Shown piece after piece: positions 29,001 to 38,091 of a DNA stretch of 64,000 nucleotides. Origin of the DNA: Spirochaetia bacterium (GTDB lineage Bacteria > Spirochaetota > Spirochaetia > DSM-2461); assembly GCA_963668315.1 (NCBI GenBank), contig OY764216.1:1504001-1568000 (forward strand). The letters are read 5' to 3'. Positions within the stretch are counted from its first letter, which is position 1, and each line of letters opens with the position of its first letter. A program made the translations under genes and the position numbers. The notes below the pieces were generated by a model that was given only the letters and a program-made list of their open reading frames with translations, was not told the origin of the DNA and did not search any database.

Positions 29001-29214
29001 TATTGATGAGGTTCCCCACGAGAAGAAGACTTCCGCCATATTACGGAATATTATCGATCTGGGGCATACGCTCAATATGGAAGTCGTTGCCGAAGGGGTG
29101 GAAAAAGAGGATCAGCGGGAATTCCTGGAACGGAACGGATGCGATGTCATTCAGGGATATTTTTATTACAAGCCGATGCGGCTGGAGGAGCTGCTCAAGC
29201 TTCTCTCCGATTAA
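26080..29214 (+). CDS. Cache-HAMP-PAS-GGDEF-EAL signalling protein
   Basis: Two Cache-like segments (GYFFVID, GYVFILD), PAS WNRRKNGE, GGDEF, EALVRW, DDFGTGYSS; start uncertain (TTG after GAGG). Confidence 0.9.
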   Translation: MLLKKFPIQRKLLLSFTGLFILIIMLTLMAVSFLIYRERRKDVKRELENITKTVAELVMSHLELMHEFKLEEEVESAKSVLGYLYEKGHQDGRSDEDIRDLAASYLSRVKVGDSGYFFVIDSSGNVQIHPHPELVGQSLLEYEFVRTQIAAREGFLEYLWKNPDEDEYREKALYMTYFEPFDWIISASTYNEDFFSLFSVEKIKESLENIPVGNEGYVFILDGDGKLLIHPQYEGMNVGNLNIEGFDSSFLMDIMAEKNGSMSYQWTDKESGRKAERFLLFREIPEIGWIIGSVVPFGEYTSFIVRIYLFTALIFAVAFLLFYLMSHRISLMFARPLIGIMDFLERTCYSELSQRLDESGRDEFSQLSRRINEFLDAVEEEKNNRLIAEEENRILAQFTNGNPYPVMRVDSNGYILYVNRASIELMKFWEIAFDTKLPADLTLMIRERDSELVDIEYKRKNRIYNIMLSFFEDQDSCYLLISDITERKEDEYLLMMSESVFSHTMEGIIITNPDGTIVRVNPAFCQISGYSEEEVIGANPRLLRSDHHGKDFFSALWSALLENGTWTGEIWNRRKNGEAFPEWLTINSIKDDSGKLVHYVGIFKDISDIKESEEKLRYQVSHDALTGLPNRILFEDRLNRAIARAGRNRYNLAVLFLDMDNFKNINDTLGHQAGDDFLKIIGERLVQSCREEDTVARLGGDEFVILIPELTEQHNLIEITSRIQITVGKSLLFNTHELHPSVSIGVTIFPDDGDTPALLMKNADLAMYKAKDSGKGTYSLFNKEMNRQVKKRMELEGQLKKSLQRKEMYLLYQPKVSVRSGKITGLEALVRWENKKLGLISPVDFIPLAEESGFIHALGDWVLETALDALSEINSRGELGWEMAVNLSTRQFRDINLTARIESIIRRSGIDPSHINLEITEHAAMEESGESLEIVSRLKQLGVRISIDDFGTGYSSYGYLKQFEVQCLKIDKSFIDEVPHEKKTSAILRNIIDLGHTLNMEVVAEGVEKEDQREFLERNGCDVIQGYFYYKPMRLEELLKLLSD

Positions 29215-31505
29215 TTCTCCCCGTCGGAGCTTTTTTCCCTGACGGTCATCTCTTCTTCCGGGATCGGCCTGGAGTAGAGATAGCCCTGGGCATAGGGCAC
29301 ATTCATGGAGAGCAGGAGCTCGTGCTCTTCCTCCTCTTCCACACCTTCGGCGATAAGTGTCGTTCCCAGGACATTGTTCAAACTGATCAGACTCTCCATG
29401 ATCCCTATCTGCCGGCTGTTCTCCTGGAGATGACTGACAAAAAGCCTGTCCAGCTTCAGGGTATCAAAAGCTTCGGACTGCAGCCTTCCCAGGGAGGACT
29501 CACCCGTACCGAAGTCGTCCATAACCAGAAGATATCCCGCCTCTACGAGTTTTCTCAGGCTGTCCCAGAAGAAGACCGCTCCCTTCCCGGCATAGGTCTC
29601 GGTTATCTCCAGCTTCAGACGCTTTTTCCCGATTCCGTACTCTTCCACCAGTCCGTCCAGCCTGGCAAGAAAATCGGAGTCCAGAAACTGTACGGGGCTG
29701 ACGTTGACGGAGATGAACCAGGATTTCTCCCGGCCCAGGGTACTGAGTATTCTCAGCGCCTCCCGTATTACGAACCATCCGATTTCGATGATATGGCCGT
29801 TCTCTTCGGCCAGGGGGATAAAACGGTCGGGGGGGATAAGCATCCCCTTTTTCGCGCTCATCCAGCGAACCAGGGCTTCATAGCCCATAACCCTCCTGTC
29901 CCGGAGCCTGACGATGGGCTGGTAATAGACCAGAAGTTCTTCCAGAAAATCGGAACTTCCCATAGCCGTTTCCAGTTCCATTCTTTCTGTCCGTTTTCTG
30001 TTCAGTTCATCGTCGTATCTGATAACCCGGCTGTAGCGGTAGGAGGGATCTCCGATTCCCTCGGTCAGGGTCATACCCGCCTGGCTGATCAGCTGATCCA
30101 TGCTGACCGCTTCACGGAAGGGAATGATGCTTATCCTCAGGCGGGGCCTGACCTCCTTACCTTTGTGACTGATCGTCCTGCGGAACCTCTCCAGGTAACT
30201 ATGGGCTGTGATTTCCGCCTCTTTCTCATCCATATTTTCGAAGAGAAGAAAGAAAATAAAACCGTTTCCCCGGAAGATCCTGGCTCCGGGGGGACAACTG
30301 TCTTTCAGCTTTACTGCGAAGGCGTGGAGCAGGCTGTCGATAAAATCTTCATCCAGGACATAGGAGAGCTCCCGTATGTTATCCAGCGAGACCTGCATGA
30401 GCTGCCGCCTGTCCCGGGCCCCTTCGGGGGGGGAGACCTTTTCCTTGAGGGCGCGCAGATTTTCCAGCCCCGTGACGGAATCATGAAAGGCCAGGTACTG
30501 GAGCTGGGCTTCGGTCCTCTTCCGTATCTCAATTTCATCCTTGAGAGCCACATTCTCCTGGCTGAGCTGGCGGTTCTTGCTCCTATGGCGGCTGTTGCTG
30601 GCCATGAAGGCGTGCCAGATAAGGAATGACATTCCGAAGATAAGGGTGATAAAAAAACTGATACGGGTCTGCCGCAGCTCTTTGATAAAATCTCCCGGCC
30701 CCATGGTTCCGAACAGAATAAAGGGAGAGTTCTCGCTTTCCGCAGTGAAGAGAAAGGGATTGTTCTTGCTCACTTGGAGATAGGCATGGATGCTGCTGCT
30801 CGACGGAATCTTTCCCTCGTGCCCGTGGACATAGATGGGCTGCCCCTGCCGGTCGGAAAGGTAGATGCTGTCAAAGCTCTCGAAATCGAACTGATCCAGG
30901 AAGTGGGCCAGGCGCGGGACAATGATGTCGGCTGTGACAACGCCCTGGAAACTGCCGTTTCTGAAAAAAGGCCCTCCGAAGGTAATATAGGTATAGTCCC
31001 CCCCGTCGTAAGGGGGGATAACGGTGATTTCCCCCTTCTTCAGAGCCGCCAGGGTCTTATACCACTCCCTGCCGGGATAATCGTATTCGCGGCTATTCCA
31101 TTCGTAGGTCAGCGACCAGGTTTCGGCGGCCGGTTCATCCCTCCGTACGTAGGGGCCGTACAGAGCCGTCTCCGGCTCAAAGCATCCCGGAGCGTACCAT
31201 ATTCCCACTCCGTAGAGGAGTTCCGACTGGGAGGACGAGAATATCCCTTTCAAAAAGTTTTCATGACTCTCCCGTATAAGGGGAAGGTGACCCACCAGTT
31301 CCGTCGTTGTGGCTATGGTCTGGTAGAAGGAGGAGAACTGGATCTCCATATCATTAAGAATACCTGTCAGGCTTTCGTCTCTTTTCTCTATAATCGTCTG
31401 TTTTTCCCTGACACCGGTTACGGCTGTGATTCCCAGACCGATGAGAAGTATGACGACGAGCATCAGTATAAGTGAATTCTGCTGTGGCTTGGACCCTTCT
31501 GCCAT
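29211..31505 (-). CDS. dCache-degenerate GGDEF-EAL phosphodiesterase
   Basis: dCache (GVGIWY, GPYVRR, REWY, GVVTAD); GGDEF site reads RGNGF; EALVRW, DDFGTGESS. Confidence 0.88.
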   Translation of the reverse strand: MAEGSKPQQNSLILMLVVILLIGLGITAVTGVREKQTIIEKRDESLTGILNDMEIQFSSFYQTIATTTELVGHLPLIRESHENFLKGIFSSSQSELLYGVGIWYAPGCFEPETALYGPYVRRDEPAAETWSLTYEWNSREYDYPGREWYKTLAALKKGEITVIPPYDGGDYTYITFGGPFFRNGSFQGVVTADIIVPRLAHFLDQFDFESFDSIYLSDRQGQPIYVHGHEGKIPSSSSIHAYLQVSKNNPFLFTAESENSPFILFGTMGPGDFIKELRQTRISFFITLIFGMSFLIWHAFMASNSRHRSKNRQLSQENVALKDEIEIRKRTEAQLQYLAFHDSVTGLENLRALKEKVSPPEGARDRRQLMQVSLDNIRELSYVLDEDFIDSLLHAFAVKLKDSCPPGARIFRGNGFIFFLLFENMDEKEAEITAHSYLERFRRTISHKGKEVRPRLRISIIPFREAVSMDQLISQAGMTLTEGIGDPSYRYSRVIRYDDELNRKRTERMELETAMGSSDFLEELLVYYQPIVRLRDRRVMGYEALVRWMSAKKGMLIPPDRFIPLAEENGHIIEIGWFVIREALRILSTLGREKSWFISVNVSPVQFLDSDFLARLDGLVEEYGIGKKRLKLEITETYAGKGAVFFWDSLRKLVEAGYLLVMDDFGTGESSLGRLQSEAFDTLKLDRLFVSHLQENSRQIGIMESLISLNNVLGTTLIAEGVEEEEEHELLLSMNVPYAQGYLYSRPIPEEEMTVREKSSDGEN

Positions 31506-31560
31506 GATTGATGATTATATGGGTATAAGGGAAAAATATCAAAAACATTTCCCCCTCTTC

Positions 31561-31615
31561 TTGAAAAAAACAGTCTCCGGGTCTATGTTTGAAACATACC
31601 TACCGTAGGTATGTT
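31561..31615 (+). promoter_or_regulatory. tetR promoter with a perfect palindromic operator
   Basis: TTGAAA-N17-TATGTT followed by AACATACCTAC-C-GTAGGTATGTT (31593-31615, 11-bp arms). Confidence 0.8.
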
Positions 31616-31634
31616 ATTTTTAATGGGGCATAAA

Positions 31635-32261
31635 ATGAAGGATACAAAGGAAAAAATCATCGGACAGGCGCTTATCTACTTTTTCGAAAACGATTATGAG
31701 GGTGCCTCTCTGAACGACATCGCCGGGGCTCTGGGCGTGACGAAAGGGGCAATCTATCACTACTTCGGAAGTAAGGATGAACTGTTCAAGGCCGCCGTCT
31801 ATCATATGGTGGAGGAGCTGGGAAAACAGATGTCCGGAATGTGGTGCGGTTCGGACGGACTCTCCTTCAAGGATACGATGGCCCTCTGGTTCAATTTCGG
31901 AGCCATGATGAGTGAAACCAATGAACTGGCGGGGACGGATCTTTTCCGGGACTACGCCAACGTTATCTATCTCATGTTTACGGCAATCAAAAAGTTTCCC
32001 GAAATCCGGGAGCTGATGGACCGGACCTACAGGGGAACCATGGGCGGTCTGCACTCTCTTCTGGAAAAGGCCCGGCAGGAGGGAGAGATCCGGCAGGAGA
32101 TCGATACGGGGGCCCTGGCCTTTGAGATGACCGCCTTTGCCGAAGGATCTCTCCTGCTGGGAGGCGTCGTATCCGATCTGGACCTTCTGGACATGGGACA
32201 GAGGTGTTTTGACAATTTCTGGCTGAGGGTGAGGCCGGATGTGGGAGAGGAAGGAGGCTGA
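31635..32261 (+). CDS. TetR/AcrR-family transcriptional regulator
   Basis: ASLNDIAGALGVTKGAIYHYFGSKDELF helix-turn-helix. Confidence 0.93.
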   Translation: MKDTKEKIIGQALIYFFENDYEGASLNDIAGALGVTKGAIYHYFGSKDELFKAAVYHMVEELGKQMSGMWCGSDGLSFKDTMALWFNFGAMMSETNELAGTDLFRDYANVIYLMFTAIKKFPEIRELMDRTYRGTMGGLHSLLEKARQEGEIRQEIDTGALAFEMTAFAEGSLLLGGVVSDLDLLDMGQRCFDNFWLRVRPDVGEEGG

Positions 32262-32262
32262 T

Positions 32263-35028
32263 ATGAATACCGGGGGAAACCTCCGTGAAAAAGCACTGGG
32301 ATGCTGGGGACGCTGGGCTTCGATACACTGGGGAAAAACGCTGCTTATCGGACTTGCCGTCACGGCGGTCATGACATTAGGAGTCTCCCGGCTGGATCTG
32401 GAAATGACTTTCTTCTCCGTTATGCCGGGGAACTCTTCCCAGGTAAGAGATTTGAAGAGAATCATGAAGGAGTTCCCCTATGCCTCGGGCATTACCGTGG
32501 TGGTGGACGGCCGGATGATAGACGATCCTGCCAAGGCCGGGGAACAGATCAGAGCGGCGGTGGACGGGATCGCCGCGGAACTGGAGAAGGCCGAGTATGG
32601 GGACTATGTCAAGGATGTCCATGGCCGCTACGAGAATGATTTCCTCCTTGACCACGGCTTCATGCTGAGCGACGGAGATGACCGGGAGAGGTTCGAACGG
32701 ATTTTCGCCGATCTGAATCTGACTCCCTTCTTGGCAGGTTTGAATGACGATCTGGAAAGGGAATATTCGGGAAACGAAGAAAATCTGGCCGATGACGAAA
32801 TTCAGGCTGTTTCTCAGTTTGAGGGGCTGGGCAGGCTTTTCTCCCTGATGGAGGAGGCCGCCGGCGGGCATATTCCGGAACGGCCCGAAGTCGATGGGGT
32901 GCTGGATGCCTTTCTTGTCGGCGAATCCTACTTCCTGAGCCGTGACGGCCGGATGGCCCTGGTTATGGTGCAGCCCACTTTTACCATGGAAGATCTGCCT
33001 ATGCTGGTTCCCGGGGTAAACCTTATTGAAGAAACGGCACGGGAAATCGCCGGAGAGTTCGGGGTAGAGGCCGGCTGCACGGGGATAACTACCATCGGCC
33101 GGGACGAGATGGTCACCAGCGAACAGGGGCTGGCCGCATCGATGCTAATCGCGTTTTTCCTCATACTGGTGCTGATGATTCTGGTCTTCCGTATGTTCTC
33201 CACTCCCGTCATTACAGGCCTTCCCCTGCTTGTCGGTATCTACTGGGCCATGGGAATGACCGGATTCACCATACACCGGCTCAATATCATGACCGCCATG
33301 TACATGGTCGCCCTGATCGGCCTGGGAATCGATTTTGCCATACATCTTCTGACAGCCTACAGACAGGAGCGGGACGGGATAGGGGGTGGGGCGGCCGATT
33401 TTCATGATGCCGTGGCCGCAGCCTTTTCCAAAACCGGACCGGGAATCCTGACCGGAGCCCTGACTACGGCCATCGCCTTCTTTGCCATGCTTACCGCCGA
33501 AACGGAGCTTATGAGGGAACTGGGCATCGTTGCCGGTCTGGGAATCCTTTTCGAACTGGCCGCCATGATTCTTTTCATCCCCGCCCTTATGGGGCTGAGG
33601 GAATCGAGGCTCCGTCAAAAGGGGAGGGAGGAAAAGAGCATCTTCCGGCGGATGAATATCCGCTCCGACCTGGCTTCCGGTCTGGGAAAGCGTGTGATCG
33701 CCCGTCCCGGTACAGCCGTGGGAGCCATGCTGATTCTAACGGCGATTCTGCTTCTTAAAGCCGGTGATGTGGAGATTGAGAACAATCTTCTGAATATGGA
33801 AGCCCGGGGGCTCGAGTCGGTTGAACTCCAGGATACCCTGGTGGAGGAGTTCGAAATGGGGGCCGACGGCCTCTTTATCCTGAGCAATGATCTGGAAGAG
33901 GTGAAAACCCTTGAGAAGAAGCTGAAGAAACTCGATTCGGTGAAGCAGGTCGATTCTATCGGTCCCTTTCTCCTCACCCCGGAAGAGAGGCGTGAGAGAC
34001 TCCCCGGCGTGGAGAGGTTCCGGCAGGAACTGGCGTACCGGACCGTCGACGCCGTGGTGGACGGCCCGAGTCTCTTTGATGAGCTTATCCGTCTGCAGAT
34101 GAATCTGCTGGAGCTGTCCGATATGGCCTATCTGGGGGATATGGAGAAGATGCTGAACACTCTGAACGGCGTCACCGGATGGAACAGCGAAGGGGACAAA
34201 GCGGCCGAGACTTCCCTCGACCGCCTCCTCGCCCTGCTTGAGAACGGCGAAGGAACGGAAGGACTGGCCGAACTGCAGAATCTCCTGGTTCCTCTTCTGA
34301 GGGACAAGCTGAGGCGCATGGCATCCACCGACGATTTCACCCGGGACGATCTGCCCGCCCTTTACCGGAATTCCTATATATCCCCCGAGACGGGGGAATT
34401 CCTGATGACCATCGTCCCCACCAGGAATCCATGGGAAGGGGACTTCCGGGAAATCTATCTGACCCAGATCGGTTCGGTCACAGACAGGGGCACCGGAATG
34501 ATCCTGGCCTCCGATCAGCTTACTATCATGGCCGAGTCGGACGGCTTCCGGGCTTCTCTGGCGGCCCTTGCCGCCATTTTCATCGTCCTTCTGATGGATT
34601 TCAGGAATCTCAAACTGGTCCTGCTGACCATGTCGCCTTTGGGGCTCTCCTTCCTCTGCCTCTTCGGATTCATGGGCTGGACGGGCATCAAGTTTGATTT
34701 CGTCAACATCATCGCCGTTCCCCTCCTTATCGGCATGGGGGTTGACGATGCGGTTCATATCAGCCACAGGTACCTTCTGGAGGGCAAGGGACGGCTTCCC
34801 GAGGTTATCGCCGCAACGGGCACAGCCGTCATGCTGACGAGCGTCACTACGGTCATCGCCTTCGCCTCCTTTATTCCCTCAGTCATGAGAGCCATGAGAA
34901 GCACGGGGATAGTCCTCTCCATAGCCATGGCTTTCGCCTTCTTTTTTGCCATTATCTTTTACTCCGCCCTGCTGAAACTGGTCGCCGACGGCAGCAGGAT
35001 GAATCTGACCCCCTGGAGGAAAAAATGA
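32263..35028 (+). CDS. MMPL/RND-family transporter (HpnN-like)
   Basis: Two 1+5 TM repeats with large periplasmic loops; GLGIDFAIH and GMGVDDAVH motifs. Confidence 0.9.
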   Translation: MNTGGNLREKALGCWGRWASIHWGKTLLIGLAVTAVMTLGVSRLDLEMTFFSVMPGNSSQVRDLKRIMKEFPYASGITVVVDGRMIDDPAKAGEQIRAAVDGIAAELEKAEYGDYVKDVHGRYENDFLLDHGFMLSDGDDRERFERIFADLNLTPFLAGLNDDLEREYSGNEENLADDEIQAVSQFEGLGRLFSLMEEAAGGHIPERPEVDGVLDAFLVGESYFLSRDGRMALVMVQPTFTMEDLPMLVPGVNLIEETAREIAGEFGVEAGCTGITTIGRDEMVTSEQGLAASMLIAFFLILVLMILVFRMFSTPVITGLPLLVGIYWAMGMTGFTIHRLNIMTAMYMVALIGLGIDFAIHLLTAYRQERDGIGGGAADFHDAVAAAFSKTGPGILTGALTTAIAFFAMLTAETELMRELGIVAGLGILFELAAMILFIPALMGLRESRLRQKGREEKSIFRRMNIRSDLASGLGKRVIARPGTAVGAMLILTAILLLKAGDVEIENNLLNMEARGLESVELQDTLVEEFEMGADGLFILSNDLEEVKTLEKKLKKLDSVKQVDSIGPFLLTPEERRERLPGVERFRQELAYRTVDAVVDGPSLFDELIRLQMNLLELSDMAYLGDMEKMLNTLNGVTGWNSEGDKAAETSLDRLLALLENGEGTEGLAELQNLLVPLLRDKLRRMASTDDFTRDDLPALYRNSYISPETGEFLMTIVPTRNPWEGDFREIYLTQIGSVTDRGTGMILASDQLTIMAESDGFRASLAALAAIFIVLLMDFRNLKLVLLTMSPLGLSFLCLFGFMGWTGIKFDFVNIIAVPLLIGMGVDDAVHISHRYLLEGKGRLPEVIAATGTAVMLTSVTTVIAFASFIPSVMRAMRSTGIVLSIAMAFAFFFAIIFYSALLKLVADGSRMNLTPWRKK

Positions 35029-35777
35029 GAAATTTCACCATTATGGGGCTTCTGCTCCTCGCTCCCCTCTGCTATGCCCAGAGCGCCGGGGACATTATCG
35101 CCCGGGCCGATGAGAAATTCACCGGAGACCGCATCTGGTCCTACAGCACCATGACGATCATCAGAGGGGGGAAAACCCTTCCCCTCCAGGAAATGGAGAG
35201 CTTTTCCCTGGATACGGGGGAGGATTACCGAAGCCTTTCGGTTTACCGTGCTCCCGCCCGGATGAAGGGGACCGCCTATCTGATGATAGACGACGACCTC
35301 TGGGTGCGTTTTTCCTCCACCGGGCGCACCCGGAAGCTCTCCTCCTCCGCCAGGAAAAACGCCGCCGGGGGGAGTGACTTCTCCTATGCCGACATGGGCG
35401 AGGGGAATGAAGGGATCGGGGAGAAATACGACCTGGCCCTCGGGGGAACGGAAAAAGCCGAAGGGGAGACATGCTACGTCATCCATATGACGCCGAAACC
35501 GGGGGAGGATTCCCCCTATGAGAGGATTACCGCCTATGTGTCCGCCGGTTCGTACCGGTATCTCAAAATGATCTACTTCGAAGCGGGCGCCCCCATCAAG
35601 GAGATGATCCTGACCGACTACCGCGCCGTGGGGGACAAGGAGTACCCCTTCCGCGTAGAGATGAGAAGCCTGACGAAAGACTCGGTGACCATCATGGAAA
35701 CAACCGAAATGGAGTTCGGCTCATCCAGAGTTGAGGAGCGGTTCTTTTCGACGGCCTATCTGCAGACGATACATTAG
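35025..35777 (+). CDS. LolA-like outer-membrane lipoprotein-sorting family protein
   Basis: Signal peptide; PARMKGTAYL, DDLWV, GSDFSYADM, FSTAYL motifs typical of the MMPL-associated LolA-like family. Confidence 0.8.
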   Translation: MRNFTIMGLLLLAPLCYAQSAGDIIARADEKFTGDRIWSYSTMTIIRGGKTLPLQEMESFSLDTGEDYRSLSVYRAPARMKGTAYLMIDDDLWVRFSSTGRTRKLSSSARKNAAGGSDFSYADMGEGNEGIGEKYDLALGGTEKAEGETCYVIHMTPKPGEDSPYERITAYVSAGSYRYLKMIYFEAGAPIKEMILTDYRAVGDKEYPFRVEMRSLTKDSVTIMETTEMEFGSSRVEERFFSTAYLQTIH

Positions 35778-35788
35778 GAGGCTCTTTC

Positions 35789-37057
35789 ATGAGAAAAATA
35801 CTGATTCCCTTACTGGGCTTCCTGGCTATGGCTCCCCTTGCCGCCCAGCTTGTCTTCTATGGCGATTATGCGGCCGCTCTGACCGCCTCCGTCAGGGAGA
35901 ACAATTACGATACCGCCCTGAATCCTGATAATCTATATGGGGTGAAGGACCTGAACCTCTCCCATGAGCTGACCGTCAAAATGGCCGGGGGAGACGAACT
36001 GGCCGATCTGGAACTGTGGTTTTCCCTGGGCCGCTACCCCGTGGGAGCGGGACTGCTCGCCGCATCCTCAGAGGATACCGTTTCCGGTGCCGACAGCCTT
36101 ACCTACGCCCTGGTCGCGGAATCGGGGGACAGTATCTATTATTTTGACCTGATGCGGGCTTCGCTGGGATGGTCCTTTGGCGATTCCCTCCTGGTAAGGC
36201 TGGGACGGCAGTCCCTGCTGACAGGCTACGGCTACGGCTGGAACCCCATGGATTTCGCCAACCCCGTCAAGGATCCGGGAGATCCCGGGGCGGATCTGAA
36301 AGGCGTGGATGCCCTGTCTCTGCAGCTCCTTCCCCGGGACAGGGTGAACATGAAGGTTTACGCCCTTTACGACCGGGCCCAGGCAGAAACCGGGGCCGAT
36401 TATGCCGACCTTATGGGAGGTGCGGAGATAACCTTCTCCTTCCCATCTCTGGAGATGAAGCTGACCGGTTTCCTGGAACAGGACGGTACCGAGGGGGAGG
36501 ACAGCCGGGTTGACGGAGCGGGGGTCGGCTTTCTGGCCGATCTGGCAGGCCTGGGACTCTACGGCGAGGGCAGCCTGCTCTCGGGCAGCCGGGTACTCAG
36601 TCCCGATCTCCTGACACGGCGGGACAGCCTGCTGTTCTGCTTTCTCCTGGGTGCGGAATATGTCTTTCCCTCCGAAACATCCCTGGTGGCGGAATACTTC
36701 TATAACGGAGAAGGGTACGACAGAGGAGAAAGGGAGGAGATCCTCCGTCTCCTGAAGACGCGGACGGCCGGGGCGGACACTCTGTTCAGGCCGGGATACT
36801 ACTCCCGCCACTATGTGCTGGTAAACGGTTCCCAGCCCCTTTACGGTATAAACTGCGAGGCCGGACTGATCCTGCTCTGTTCAGCCGATTCGGGCGCTTT
36901 GACCGTCATGCCCTCCCTGACCTGGAACGGGTCGGGCAGCTTCTCCCTTAACGGCCGGTATACGGGACTTTTAAATCCGGGGGGAGAGGAGAGCAGCGAA
37001 AACGCCCTGGCACCTGTCAGGCACTCATTCAGCATGGAAGGGCGATTCAGTTTTTAA
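35789..37057 (+). CDS. Probable outer-membrane beta-barrel protein
   Basis: Signal peptide; RLGRQ..GYGYGWNPMD motif, amphipathic strands, C-terminal F (GRFSF). Confidence 0.65.
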   Translation: MRKILIPLLGFLAMAPLAAQLVFYGDYAAALTASVRENNYDTALNPDNLYGVKDLNLSHELTVKMAGGDELADLELWFSLGRYPVGAGLLAASSEDTVSGADSLTYALVAESGDSIYYFDLMRASLGWSFGDSLLVRLGRQSLLTGYGYGWNPMDFANPVKDPGDPGADLKGVDALSLQLLPRDRVNMKVYALYDRAQAETGADYADLMGGAEITFSFPSLEMKLTGFLEQDGTEGEDSRVDGAGVGFLADLAGLGLYGEGSLLSGSRVLSPDLLTRRDSLLFCFLLGAEYVFPSETSLVAEYFYNGEGYDRGEREEILRLLKTRTAGADTLFRPGYYSRHYVLVNGSQPLYGINCEAGLILLCSADSGALTVMPSLTWNGSGSFSLNGRYTGLLNPGGEESSENALAPVRHSFSMEGRFSF

Positions 37058-37095
37058 CGCTTTACCGGAGGATGGCCTTTTACTATATTGATAGT

Positions 37096-37995
37096 ATGGA
37101 CAAACTGATTCTGTTTTTTATTGACGGCATAGGCCTGGCGCCTCCCTCGGAAAACAATCTGATATCCTCTCTTTTTCAGAGGGAAACCGATGGGAGGGGC
37201 CTCGTTCCCGTAGATGATGTCCTTCATACGGAGACGTCCGTTCTACGCCCTCTGGACGCCTGTCTGGGGGTGGAGGGGATTCCCCAGTCAGCCACAGGAC
37301 AGACCACGCTCTTCACCGGCGTGAACGCTCCCCGCCTGCTGGGGTACCACCTGACCGCCTTCCCCAATGAACCCCTGCTGCCCCTCTTCGAGGAGAGCAG
37401 CATCATGAAGGTTCTGGCCGACCGGGGAGTCAGAGTGACTTCGGCCAATATGTATTCCCGGGAATTTTTCGAAGAACGGGAGAAGGCGGCGAAAAACCGT
37501 TATCCCGCTTCAACCCTGACGATTAAGGCTTCGAAAGTCCCCTTCCGCATGATAGAAGATTACCGGGCGGGCAGAGCCGTATTCGCCGATATCACCAACG
37601 AGCTGATTATCAGCCGGGGCTATGATCTCTCGCCCATCGAACCGGAGCTGGCCGCCGAAAGGACCCTGGCTATCCTTGAGGACCAGGATTTTCTTTTCTT
37701 CGAGTATTTCATGACCGACCATTACGGGCATAAAAGGAACCGGGAGGGACTGCTCCGCAGTGTGGATGTCCTGGGACGGTACGTGACCGCCCTCACGGAG
37801 GGGCTGGATCTTGTCAGGGAAGCCCTTTTGATTGTCAGTGACCACGGCAACAGCGAAGACTTTACCACCGGTTCCCATACACGGAATCCCGTTCCCGGTC
37901 TGCTTATCGGGGGATCGGAGGAACAACGGCGGAAATTTGCCCGCTGCGGCGATCTCATGGATGCCTATGAATTTATGAAAGGGTATTTTACGTAG
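37096..37995 (+). CDS. Alkaline-phosphatase-superfamily metalloenzyme (PGM/phosphopentomutase-like)
   Basis: FIDGIG, PQSATGQT, TDHYGH, SDHGNSED, HTRNPVP. Confidence 0.8.
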   Translation: MDKLILFFIDGIGLAPPSENNLISSLFQRETDGRGLVPVDDVLHTETSVLRPLDACLGVEGIPQSATGQTTLFTGVNAPRLLGYHLTAFPNEPLLPLFEESSIMKVLADRGVRVTSANMYSREFFEEREKAAKNRYPASTLTIKASKVPFRMIEDYRAGRAVFADITNELIISRGYDLSPIEPELAAERTLAILEDQDFLFFEYFMTDHYGHKRNREGLLRSVDVLGRYVTALTEGLDLVREALLIVSDHGNSEDFTTGSHTRNPVPGLLIGGSEEQRRKFARCGDLMDAYEFMKGYFT

Positions 37996-38047
37996 GGTAG
38001 CCTTTTAAAGTTATATTTTACTATAAATTTTCTATTTTCCTCTTGAA

Positions 38048-38063
38048 ACACTATATATAGTGT
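38048..38063. promoter_or_regulatory. NrdR box
   Basis: Perfect palindrome ACACTATATATAGTGT matching the acaCwAtATaTwGtgt consensus, 28 nt upstream of nrdA. Confidence 0.85.
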
Positions 38064-38091
38064 GGTATTTGTATCTGAGAGGGGAATAACA

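Noticed and set aside
29139..30629. 496-aa plus-strand ORF
   Set aside because: Antisense to the dCache-EAL gene
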